64,000 bases of DNA from Mobula hypostoma (lineage: Eukaryota). Under the pieces are notes generated by a model. That model was not told where the DNA came from and ran no database searches. It was given only the letters and a program-made list of their open reading frames with translations. Of this stretch, positions 1 through 11,719 are shown piece by piece. Numbering within the stretch: position 1 is the stretch's first letter; the number at the start of each line of letters is the position of its first letter. Location: contig NC_086097.1 in assembly GCF_963921235.1 (NCBI RefSeq), positions 191,396,001 to 191,460,000 of the forward strand, given 5' to 3'. Both the position numbers and the translations under genes were made by a program.

Positions 1-63
1 AATTGAATCTTAGGTAGTATTAGGTAGTATATGCATACTTTGATAATAAGATTTACTTTGAAC
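1..63 (+). mobile_element. 3' tail of Rex1/Babar-like LINE (cut by window edge)
   Basis: tactttgataataagatttactttgaac resembles the Rex-like tails at ~28610-28643 and ~33125-33160. Confidence 0.6.
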
Positions 64-680
64 ATAGATGCTCCAGGGATTTTATTCACATAGCATACTG
101 TATTATTGTCACATATCCTCGTATTTTCTTATCACATTTGGACTCCTGAGTTAATGCCAACTCTCAAAACATTCCCTTTTTTTTATCCCATTCTCTCACA
201 ATACCATTTGATATAGAATACATATTTACTTGGATGACTTTCTAAATCTTTTGACAACATGCTATTAGCATTTATATAAAGTAAGCTTTTCATATCCCAA
301 TCCACTTATTTATATGCACACTCACTACTCTTCTCTCGACTCCCATCTTGCTTAATAATCCTGAACTGGAAGGAATTGTGTAATGTGATCATTTCAATTT
401 CCCTTCACATTCACAATTTTACATACTTCAGATGTTTCCCATGGTTCTCAATCAACTATTTGATTCAATTTCATAGTTTACAACAAGTATTCTTTCAACT
501 AATTTAAGAATATTGGATTCAACTCTATCTAACCCTGTTAATTCAATGGTGCTTTCCGCAACTGTATTCTTAAATGTTTTTCAAGATATTACTTTTGTCC
601 CAAACTGAGAAGTTTATAATTGACCCTCCCTGGTATTCTATTTTAGCTTTTCCTTCGTATATTTTATATATTGGCTATGG

Positions 681-1226
681 GGTGTCAGGGAGGGATAGCA
701 CCTCTGGTGGGGGAACATGTCGCGTCCTTTTCAAGGTGGTTAGTCCACCTTTGGTCACAACCTGGCACTCAGCTCTCACCTGTGGCTCCCCATAGCTGTT
801 TGCATGTGACAGCGGCCACACCCTGGGCAACAGCTTTGACAAGCCGGCCAAACCAGGTGAGGGTAGCCGACGGGTCTCAAACCCTCAGTGAGACAGGGAG
901 TTGTATATCTCAGCATGTGAAGACAGACTCCGGCGGATTGAGCGGACGAGACCAATGGAAGATCCAACGGTCAAGAAGGCGGTCTCTGCAAGCGTCGTGG
1001 AACGTGTAGAGTAGAACAAGACACAGAAGACGTCCTGGTCATCCACTGCGTCTAGTCCCATCTCCAGCTGTCTCGATTCTGTCTTGCCACTGGATCCAGA
1101 TGGGAATTGGGAAGAGAGAGTGAGGCTGACGCTGTGCAACTCTCCCTCACTTAAATCCAAATCATGCGCAAGTCTCAACACCATCAATGGTATCGAGGTC
1201 TTCATCGACGTCGACGATGGACAAAC
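681..1226 (+). mobile_element. Non-autonomous RTE-derived element (5' leader fused to 3' tail)
   Basis: GC-rich island in AT-rich DNA with several helices (aaggtgg/ccacctt, ctctcacctg/caggtgaggg); ends ...gacgatggacaaac like RTE tails; no ORF, no Pol III boxes; TSD ambiguous. Confidence 0.65.
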
Positions 1227-1659
1227 ATGGACGTTGGCTTGAAGTTGGTTTAGACTGTAACAATTTTCATGACTTACATTTAATATCTAACTGCTCTCAT
1301 GGGTTCCATTTTTTTTAGTTATTAAGTACATACTGTATGTATAAAATAAAGTCAATAAGATAAACTTAAGGTGAGTTAGGCAGAATTTTTTAAATTCATT
1401 TTAAGGTAACCTTTTCAGTTAATGACTCATGAACATAAATATACTGTAAACACATTTATAAATATGTGCATTATTATTTAATAAATGTGTCATTTCCTGA
1501 CTTTTTTGTTTGCTATTAATAATAATTACTTTATTGATCCCAAGTGGGAAATTATTTTGTTAAAGTAGTGACATTTAAAAACACACTTAGCAATAATAAT
1601 GAAAACAATAAATTAATAATAAAGGTTTGCAAATCTAAGATTTTGACTGAGCGATGATG

Positions 1660-4600
1660 AATTATTACTGGGGCCTGTTGAATGGGGCCTATCAGCAACA
1701 TCAACAGAGCTCTACAAAGAGGTATTTCTTGCAGGTCAGTGGCAGTTATTTAAAAAGAAAGCTTTGTGGGCATTTGTCTATTGTACGGGGCCTATCAGCG
1801 GCATCAACAGAGCTCTACAAACTAAATAAAAGTACAGAAGGGATAAGCAGAGAAGCCATTGTCAGGGTGGCCATTGTCTGGAGTAGTCTAGTGGTGAGAG
1901 TAGAAGCGCTAGGCTTTGGCTCAGAAGAAGCGTCAGCTCTGTGCAAAGCGTCTGCAAAGATTTCCTTCTTTGTTTTTTTTCTCTCTCTTACTGTACCATT
2001 TAAATGGCTGTGATGTGTTCTTCATGCCAGATGTTGGAGAACTGGGAGACCTACATCTCCTGGGGAACTACATCTGCATGAAGTGCATCTGGCTGCAGAT
2101 CCTTGAAGACCGTGTTAGGGATCATTTTGGAGAAAGAGGGAGAGCAGCCTGATGTCTTGGTACATACTGGTAACAATGACATAGGAAGGAAAAGCAATGA
2201 GGTCCTGAAATGAGAATTTAGAGAGCCAGGCAGAAAGCTGAGAAGCAGGGCTACCTGGTTAGTAATTTCTGGATTTCTGCCTGTGTCGTGCACCAGTGAG
2301 GGTAGAAAAATGCATGGCTGAGAAGCTGGTGCAGGGCGCAGTGCTTCAGTTTCTTGGATCATTGGGATCTCTTCTGGGGGAGGTATGACCTGTTCAAAAC
2401 TGACAGGTTGCATCTGAACCTGAGGGGGGACCAATATTCTTGAGGGCAGGTTTGTTAGAGCTGTTGGGGAGGGTTTAAACTAATTTGGCAGGGGGCTGGG
2501 AACCACAGTGAAGGGACTCAGGGTAGGACTGATGGTAAAAAAGTGAAAATACGGTGCAGTCAGACTGTCAGGAAGGATAGGCAGGTGATGGGACTTAGTT
2601 GAGCCAGCTGGCTGAGTATCAAAACATTAAGGATGCAGAATCAGAAAGGATAGCAAACATGGTACTCAAGGTGTTGTATCTCAATGCACATAGTATAAGA
2701 AATAAGGTGAATGATCTTGTTGCAATTTTATAGATTGCCAGGTATGATGTGCCCATCACTGGATCTTGGCTGAAGAATGGTTGTAGTTGGGAGCTGAATG
2801 TCCAAGGTTACACGTTATATCAGAGAGATAGGAAGGTAGGCAGAGGGGATGGTGTGGCTTTGCTGGTAAAGAATGGCACCAGATCAGTAGAAAGATGTGA
2901 CATAAGATCGGAAGATGTTGAATCCCTGTGGGTTGAGTTAAGAAACTGCAAGGGTAAAAGGACATAGATGGCAGTTATGTACAGGCCTCTCAAAAGTAGC
3001 TGGGAGGTGGATATAGAAAAGGCATGCCAAAAGGGCAATGTTATGGTAGTCATGGGAGATTTTAACATGCAGGTCGATTGGGAAAATCAGGTTGGTGATA
3101 GATCTCATGGGTTTGTTGAATGCCTAAGAGATAGCTTTTTAGAGCAGTTTGTCATTGAGCCTACTAAGGTCAGCTATAATGGACTGGGTGTTATGTAATG
3201 AACTGGAGGTGATTAGGGAGCTTAAGGTATAAGAAACCTTAGGAACCTGTGATCACAATATGATTGAGTTCAACTTGAAATTTGAGAGGGAGAAAGTAAA
3301 GTCTGACATTTCAGTATTTCAGTGGACTAAGGGAAATTACATTGGTATGTGAGAGGAGTTGGCCAAACTAGATTGGAAGGAGCTGCTGAAACGGATCTCA
3401 GCAGAGCTGCAAAGGCGTGCATTTCTGGGGAAAATGAGGAAGGTACAGAACATATGTATTCCACAAATGTAGAAATATTCAAATGGTAAAATAGTACAAT
3501 TATGGTTGACAAAGGAAGTCAAAGCTATTGTAAAAGCAAAAGAAAGGGCATACAACAAAGCAAAAATTAGTGGGAAGATAAAACATTGGGAAGTGTTTAA
3601 AAACCTACAGAGAGCAACAAAAAAATCATTGGAAGGAAAAGAGGAAATATGAAAGCAAGCTCACAAATAATATCAAAGTGGATAGTAAAATAGTTTTCAG
3701 TTATGTTAAAAATAAAGGAGAAATGAGAATGTATATAGGACTGCTAGAAAATGAGACAGAAGAAATAATAACAGGGGACATGGAGATGGCTGATGAAGTA
3801 AATGATTATTTTGCATCAGTCTGCAATATCAGACACTAGCAGTACGCCTGATATTGTAGCGTGTGAAGGAAGAGAAGTGGGTGCAGTTACTATTACAAGA
3901 GAGAAGGTACTCAAAAAGCTGAAAGACCTAAAGGTAAATAAGTCACCCAGACCAGATGAACTGCACCCCAGGGTTCTGACATTTTATACATATGTGGAAG
4001 GGCAGGTAGTGTTGAGGAAACAGGTAGGATGCAGAAGGACCTAGACAGATTAGGAGAATAGGCAAGAAAGTGGCAAATGAAATAAACTGTTGGAAAATGC
4101 ATGGTTGTGCATTTTGGTTGTAGAAATAAATGTACAGACTCTTTTCTAAATGGGGAGAAAGTCCAAAACTTTCAGATGGAAAGGGACTTGGGACTCCTTG
4201 TGCAGAACATCATGAAGGTTAACTTGCAGGTCAAGTCAGTAGTGAGAAAGGCAAATGCCATGCTAGCATTCATTTCAAGAGGTCTAGAATACAAGAGCAA
4301 GGATGTGATTCTGAGGCTTTATAAGGCACCTTGAGTATTGTGAACAGTTTTGGGCCCCTTAACTTTGAGAAGATGTGCTGGCATTGGATAGGGTCCATAG
4401 GAGGTTCACAAGGATGATTCTAGGACTGAAAGTGTTATCATACGAGGAAGGTCTGATGGCTCTGGGTCAGTACTCTCTGGAATTCAGAAGGATGAAACCT
4501 TTCGAATATCGAAAGGCCAAGACAGAGTAGATGTGGAAAGAATGCTTCCCATTGTGGGAGAGTCAAGGACAAGAGGGCACAGCCTCAGGATAGAGTGACA

Positions 4601-4883
4601 CCCTTTCAAAACAGAGATGCGAAGAAATTTCTTTAGCCAAAGGGTGGTGAATTTGTGGAACTTTTTGCCACAGGCAGCTGTGGAGGCAAGGTCCTTGGGT
4701 GTATTTAAGGCAGAGATTGATAGGGTCTTGATTGGACATAGCATTGAAGGTTATGGGGAGAAGACCAGAAACTGGGGTTGAGTAAGAGAAAAAAAAGGAT
4801 CAGCCATGATTGAATGGCGGAGCAGACTCGATGGGCCAGATGGCCTATTTCTGCTCGTATATCTTATGGTCTTATGGTCTTAT
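1660..4883 (+). mobile_element. CR1-clade LINE, degenerate, internally deleted
   Basis: ORF1 CxxC finger (NYICMKC), esterase remnant, EN motifs (ESLWVELRN, VMGDFN), jump from DELHPRV to post-RT region at ~3980, (TCTTATGG)n tail. Confidence 0.9.
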
Positions 4884-5049
4884 ATGAGATAATTCCAGTT
4901 CAAGACAGTGTGCAATTTCAAGGGAAGTGGGTGTTTTTATGTTTTTTCTCCATTTTCTATTGGGTGTTAGAGGTCCAAATTTTGGGAGGCCCAAGCAAAG
5001 TTGTTGCAATTGCTATGGAAGGTGTATGACATCGCTTTAGGTTCCTGCT

Positions 5050-5900
5050 GGTGAATAGGTGAATGCCAAATGTCTCTAAGACTACTTGATCCTAGATGGT
5101 GAATTCCTTGAATGTTACTATGGTGACTGTCATTCAGGTTTGTTCACTAGAGGTGGTGGAAAGGCTTTAGCAAGTCAAGAGATGACACCGGCAGTTCTAT
5201 AAATTGCTTTTGCCATCATAATATTGATGTAACTGGTTCAGTTATTCTCGCTACTATAATGGCCTACAGGAGATTTTGATGGTATGAGATTTGATGATTG
5301 AGTGACAGCACTTGTTCAGGGCTGTTGTTGGCTAGTACTTATGTGACCCAAAGGTCAGGTAAAGCTGGGCCCAAATAGCTAATAGGTAGTGCTTGGAACT
5401 ATAGAATAGTCAACTTCACTTTTACTCTTATGAAGAAAAGTACATGATGAAAAATCAGGATATGGCTTGGTTTAGAACACAGCCCTGAGGAATTTTCTCA
5501 ACATATCCTGTGAATAATTGTCCTCCAACAAGCTCTGTTATCTTTATTTATGCAAGATAAAACACCAGTTAATTGAATGATTCTCCTGACTCCCATTGAT
5601 TTCAATTTTTCACAATTACATTTGATACCACAGTTGTTCAATTGCTGCCTTGATAACAAAGGCAGCCACATCAATCTTATCTTTGGAATTCAGTTTTTTT
5701 TCTCTCGTGGCAGAACCCAAACAAGAGCATGTTATTAGTGATCAAAGAGCTGTTAATAACAACGTCAGTGACCATTTTTGTCACCTTTCTGATGAAAATC
5801 TACAGCCTGCTGCAGCAGCAATTGGATATTTCCTGCTTATTGAGAATAGGGCATACCTAGACAAATTACCACCTTATCAAGAAAATGCCAGAATAACTAG
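5050..5900 (-). mobile_element. Old, highly diverged CR1-type RT fragment
   Basis: Minus-strand remnants AAFVIKAAIEQLW (ALDIKAAFDRVW-like), KLKSMGV, IPQGCVL. Confidence 0.55.
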
Positions 5901-6140
5901 CCCTTCCCAAGTTGTAACGTACAAGTTTCCATCACTACAAATGACCATTGGAAATGCTTTTGTGGCACCTTTTCAAATGGCTCTGAAAACCTGTGCCAAC
6001 CAATTGGTGGGAGTGTTCAATGACATCTTTAAACTCTCATTGCTAAGTCAGAGTTCCCTACCTGTTTCCAAAAGGGTGACAACCACAGCAGTGCCCACCC
6101 AGAGCAGGGTGAGCTGCCTCAAAGACTATCACCCCCCAGT

Positions 6141-7442
6141 GTAAATCAGAGTCAACATGGCTTTGTGCGTGGTAGGTCATGTTTGACCAATCTATTGGAG
6201 TTTTTCGACGAGGTTACCAGGAAAGTGGATGAAGGGAAGGCAGTGGATATCGTCTACATCGACTTCAGTAAGGCCTTTGACAAGGTCCCGCATGGGAGGT
6301 TAGTTAGGAAAATTCAGTCGCTAGGTATACATGGAGAGGTGGTAAATTGGATTAGACATTGGCTCAATGGTAGAAGCCAAAGAGTGGTAGTAGAGAATTG
6401 CTTCTCCGAGTGGAGGCCTGTGACTAATGGTGTGCCACAGGGATCAGTGCTGGGTCCATTGTTATTTGTCATCTATATCAATGATCTGCATGATAATGTG
6501 GTAAATTGGATCAGCAAATTTGCTGATGATACAAAGATTGGAGGTGTAGTAGACAGTGAGGAAGGTTTTCAGAGCCTGCAGAGGGACTTGGACCAGCTGG
6601 AAAAATGGGCTGAAAAATGGCAGATGGAGTTTAATACAGACAAGTGTGAGGTATTGCACGTTGGAAGAATAAACCAAGGTAGAACATACAGGGTTAATGA
6701 TAAGGCACTGAGGAGTGCAGTGGAACAGAGGGATCTGGGAATACAGATACAAAATTCTCTAAAAGTGGCGTCACAGGTAGATAGGGTCGTAAAGAGAGCT
6801 TTTGGTACATTGGCCTTTATTAATCAAAGTATTGAGTATAAGAGCTGGAATGTTATGATGAGGTTGTATAAGGCATTGGTGAGGCCGAATCTAGAGCATT
6901 GTGTTCAGCTTTGGTCACCAAATTACAGGAAGGATATAAATAAGGTTGAAAGAGTGCAGAGAAGGTTTACAAGGATGTTGCCGGGACTTGAGAAACTCAG
7001 TTACAGAGAAAGGTTGAATAGGTTAGGACTTTATTCCCTGGAGCGTAGAAGAATGAGGGGAGATTTGATAGAGGTATATAAAATTATGATGGGTATAGAT
7101 AGAGTGAATGCAAGCAGGGTTTTTCCACTGAGGCAAGGGGAGAAGGAAAACCAGAGAACATGGGTTAAGGGTGAGGGGGGAAAAGTTTAAAGGGAACATT
7201 GGGGGGGGGGGCTTCTTCACACAGAGAGTGATGGGAGTATGGAATGAGCTGCCAGACGAGGTGGTAAATGCAGGTTCTTTTTTAACATTTAAGAATAAAT
7301 TGGACAGATACATGGATGGGAGGTGTATGGAGAGATATGGTTCGTGTGCAGGTCAGTGGGACTAGGCAGAAAATGGTTCGGCACAGCCAAGAAGGGCCAA
7401 AAGGCCTGTTTCTGTGCTGTGGTTTTTCTATGGTTTCTATAT
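6141..7442 (+). mobile_element. Young 5'-truncated CR1 LINE (RT domain, ORF 6165-7190)
   Basis: [40 protein letters not shown]; one frameshift near C-terminus (~7140); ttctatgg tail. Confidence 0.95.
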
Positions 7443-7667
7443 CTAATGTGACGATATGCCTTAAGAGTTCAATCAACTCCCGCCTAACCAAGGACCTGGA
7501 CCCACTGCAATTTGCTTATCACCATAGCACGTCTACAGTGGATGCAATCTCACTGGTTCTCCACTCAGTCTTGGATTACCAGGGCAATAGTAATATCTAC
7601 ATCAGACTGCTGTTCAGCATGCATCACCATCATACCCTCATTTCTAATCAGTAAGCTCCAAAACATG

Positions 7668-7878
7668 GAATCAGAATCAGAATCAAGTTTATTATCATCA
7701 GAATGTGTTGTGAAATTTGTTAACTCAGCAGCAGCATTTTAATGTAATACACAATATAGAAGAAAAATAAATAAATACATAAATAAATAAATAGGTAGCT
7801 CAATTACAGTGTATGAGTATTGAATAGATTAAATATTGTTGAAAAACAGAAACAATATATATTAAAAAGGTGAGGTAG
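7668..7878 (-). mobile_element. 3' tail fragment of Rex-like LINE
   Basis: (gaatca)n = reverse of the (tgattc)n tail, followed by Rex-like 3' UTR seen elsewhere in window. Confidence 0.65.
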
Positions 7879-7931
7879 TGGCCTCTGCGAATTGGAAATA
7901 ATATCAGCACTGGCACACCTCAAGGATGTGT

Positions 7932-8111
7932 CACTCACAACACGCTGGAGGAACTCAGCAGGTCGGGCAGCATCCGTGGAAAAGATCGGTCGACGTTTCA
8001 GGCCGGAACCCTTCGTCAGGACTGTAGAGGGAAGGGGCAGAAGCCCTATAACGAAGGTGGGAAGGAGAAAGCTGGTAGGTTCCAGGTGAAAAACCAGTAA
8101 GGGGAAAAATA
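7932..8111 (-). mobile_element. Penelope-like terminal repeat fragment with hammerhead motif
   Basis: TSD aaggatgtgt (7922-7931, 8112-8121); minus strand cagtc-CTGACGA-agggttccggcct-GAAAC-gtc-gaccg; homologous to the end of the Penelope element at 28869. Confidence 0.85.
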
Positions 8112-8214
8112 AAGGATGTGTGCTTGGCCCACTGCTCTACTCTCTCTATATTAACAATCGTGTGGCTAGGCACAGCTCAAATGCTATCTATAAATTTGTC
8201 AATGACACAACTAT

Positions 8215-8656
8215 ATCAGCTGGATGAGACGCATGGTGGAAACCCACATCAAGGAGCACAGGAGGTGTATCTATTAGTGTTACCCAGAGAAATGAGCAGT
8301 AGCAGAACATTGCATTAGCAATGGCCGTAGGATTGACTTCGACGGCACAAAACTGCTGTGTCATTGGCTTTTGGGATCACCTGGTGAAGGAAGCCATTGT
8401 AATAAAACTAGAAGAAAATAATCTAACAAGACAAAGGTCTCTCTATAAGTAAGAACTGGAATTTGATTGCAAACAAGGTGGGACACTGATCGGATGAGGA
8501 CTAACCAATCAGGAGGGATGGACGACAGAGGTGTAAGTACCACCGGACTAAACATACCTAGGTATCATCTCTGATGAAGACGGCAGAGTTTTTCATCTAA
8601 ACATTGGTTCTCATCAATACCTGTACCTGGATGGAAGCTCGAGAAGACTTTTTTCA
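8215..8656 (+). mobile_element. Penelope-like 3' fragment, second family (GIY-YIG C-terminus + terminal repeat)
   Basis: TSD acacaactat (8205-8214, 8657-8666); HIKEHRR, AVAEHC, LVKEAI motifs; ctgatgaag...ctaaac degenerate hammerhead. Confidence 0.8.
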
Positions 8657-10748
8657 ACACAACTATTGTTGGCAGAATTTCAGATAGTGATGAAAAGATG
8701 TGCAGGAGCAAGATAGATCAGCTGGTTGTGTGGTGTTGCAGCAACATTCAACTTCTGTAAGACCAAAGAATTGATTATAAATGTAAGAATGTGAGATTGA
8801 GGGATCAGAGATGGAAAGGATGAATAGTTTTAAGTTCCTGGGTGTCAAAATCTCTGAGAATCTATCCTTGGTCCAGCATAGTAATGTAATTACAAGGAAA
8901 GCATGACAGCTGCTATATTTCATTAGAAGTTTGATGAGAATTGGTATAAGACCATAAGACCAGAAGGTATACTTGCAGAATTAGGCTATTTGGCCCATCA
9001 AGTCTGCTGTACCATTTCATCATAGTTGATCCATTTTCCTCTCAACCCCAATTGCCTGCCTACTCATCGTATCCCTTCAATCAAGACCAGTCAAGAATCT
9101 ATCAACAGCTGTTTTAAATACACATTAAGTCTTAGCATCCGCAGCTGCATGTGGCTAGGACTTCTACAGATTTACCACTATCTGTCTAAATAAATCCTCC
9201 TAATCTCTGTTCTAAAAGGATGTCTCAGTATTCTGAGGCTGTGTCCTTTGGTCTTAGACTCTCCCACCGTAGGAGAGTCTCCACATCCACTCTATCAAGG
9301 CCTTTCACCATTTGATAGGTTTCAATGAGGTCACCCCTCATTCTTCTGAATTCTAGTGAATACAGGCCCAGAGCCATTAAATGCTCTTCATATGACAAGC
9401 TGTTCAATCCTGGAACCATTTTGAGAACTTCCTCTGCCCCCTCTCTAGTTTCAGCACATCCTTTAAAAGATAAGGGGCCCAGAACTGCTCACAATACTCT
9501 AAGTGAGGACTCACCAGTACTTTATAATGTCTCAACATTACATCCTTGCTTTTATATTCTACTCATCTTGAAATGAATGCTAACATTGCATTTGCCTTCC
9601 TCACCAAAGATTCAAACTGCAAATTAATCTTTAGGGAATCCTGCACCAGTACCCACAAGTTCCTTTGTGCCTTAGTTTTTGTATTTTCTCTCCATTCAGA
9701 ATATAGTCAACCCTTTTATTTCTTCTACCAAAGTGTGTGACCATACAATTTCCAATACTGTATTCCATCTACCATTTCTTTTCCCATTCTCCTAATCTGT
9801 CTGTCCTTCTGTAGCCTCTCTACTTCCTCAAAACTACCTATGACTCCACCTATCTTCATAGCACCTGCAAACTTATAACAAAGCCATTAATTCCATCATC
9901 CAAATCATTGACATATGACATAAAAATAATTGGTCCCAACACAGACCCCTGTGGAATACCCCTAGTCACCAGCAGCCAACCAGAAGAGCCCCTCTTTATT
10001 CCCACTCTTTGCCTCCTGCCAATTAGCCACCGTTTTATCCAGGCTAGAGTTTTTCCTGTAATGCCATGGGCTCGTGGCTTGTTAAGCAACCACATGTGTG
10101 GCACCTTGTCAAAGGCCTTCTGAAAATCCAAGTAAACAACATCAACCAATTCTCCTTTGTCAATCCTGCTTATTATTTCTTCAAAGAGTTCCAACAGATT
10201 TGTCAGGCAAAATATTCTATTGAGGAAACCATGCTGACTATGGCCTATTTTATCAGTGCCTTCAAGTACCCTACAATCTCATCCTTAATAATTGAGTTCA
10301 ACATCTTCCCAACCATTGAGTTCAGACTAACTGGCCTATACTTTCTTCTGCCTCTGTCCCTTCTTGAACAGTGGTGTGACATTGACAATTTTCCAGTCAT
10401 CCGGAACCATTCCAGAATCTGGTGAGTCTTGAAAGATCATTACTAATGCCTCCATGATCTCTTCAGCCACCTCTTTCGGAACTCTAGGGTGTACACCATC
10501 TGGTCCAGATGACTTATCTACCTTAAGACATTTTAGTTTCTCAAGAACTTTCTCTCTAGTTATGGTAACTTCACACACTTCATGACCTCTGACACTGGGA
10601 ACTCCCAACATACTGCTAGTGTCTTCCACAGTGAGGACTGACACAAAATACTTATTTACTTCATCAACCATTTATTTATCCCCATCACTACCTCTCCAGC
10701 ATTGTTTTCCAGCGGTCCAATATCCAATCTCACCTCTCTTTTACATTA

Positions 10749-10956
10749 AAGCAACACACATCAAAGTTGCTGGTGAACGCAGCAGGCCAGGCAGCATCTC
10801 TAGGAAGAGGTACAGTCAACGTTTCAGGCTGACGAAGGGTCTCGGTCTGAAACGTCGACTGTACCTCTTCCTAGAAATGCTGCCTGGCCTGCTGCGTTCA
10901 CCAGCAACTTTGATGTGTGTTGCTTGAATTTCCAGCATCTGCAGAATTCCTGTTGT
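10749..10956. mobile_element. Foldback Penelope-like terminal repeat with hammerhead core at the loop
   Basis: Arms 10749-10827 and 10847-10925 (79 nt, 2 mismatches); CTGACGA 10829-10835, GAAAC 10849-10853; 14-bp TSD with 1 mismatch (10735-10748, 10957-10970). Confidence 0.9.
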
Positions 10957-11719
10957 TCTCTGTTACATTATATGTATCTAAAGAAACTTTTGGTATCATC
11001 TTTAATATTATTGATTAACTTACTTTTGTATTCCATCTTTAACTTGTTATGACTTTTTAGTTGCCTCCTGTTGACTTGTAAAAACATTCCCAATCTTCTC
11101 TCTTCCCACTATTGTTTGCATCAAAAAGGCGACGTCCATTATTAAGGACCCACTTCACCCAAGACATGGCCTCTTATCATTGTTACTATCAGGAAGGAGG
11201 TACAGAAGCCAGAAGACACACACTCAGTGATTCAGGAACAACTTAACACTACCCCATTAACACTACCAAATTTTTAATATCTATTATTTCTTGTTTTTGC
11301 ACTATTTTTAATCTATTCAATATGCATATACAGTGTCTATAATAAGTGTTCACACTTCCCCACCACCGCCACCGCCATCGCCATCCTTGGAAGTTTCATA
11401 TTTTCTTGTTTTACAACATTGAATCACAATGAAATCAAAAAGACTCTTAGGAATCAAAGTGAAAACAGATCTCTACAAAGTGATCTAAATTAATTACAAA
11501 TATAAAACATGAAATAATTGATGACATAAGTATTCACCCCCTTTAATAAGACACGCCAAATCATCACTGATGCAGCCAATGTGTTTTAGAAGTCACATAA
11601 TTAGTTAAATGGAGATCACCCGTGTGCAGTCAGGGTGTTTCAATTGATTGTAGCAAAAGTACACCTGTATCTGGAAGGTCTAACTGCTGGGGAGTCAATA
11701 CGCTGGTAAAAACTACACC

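Noticed and set aside
66..660. Possible ancient CR1 EN start (LLYINANSM) on minus strand
   Set aside because: Single weak motif, not enough to call
5650..6144. 164-aa ORF
   Set aside because: Chance read-through from antisense old CR1 into a Rex fragment
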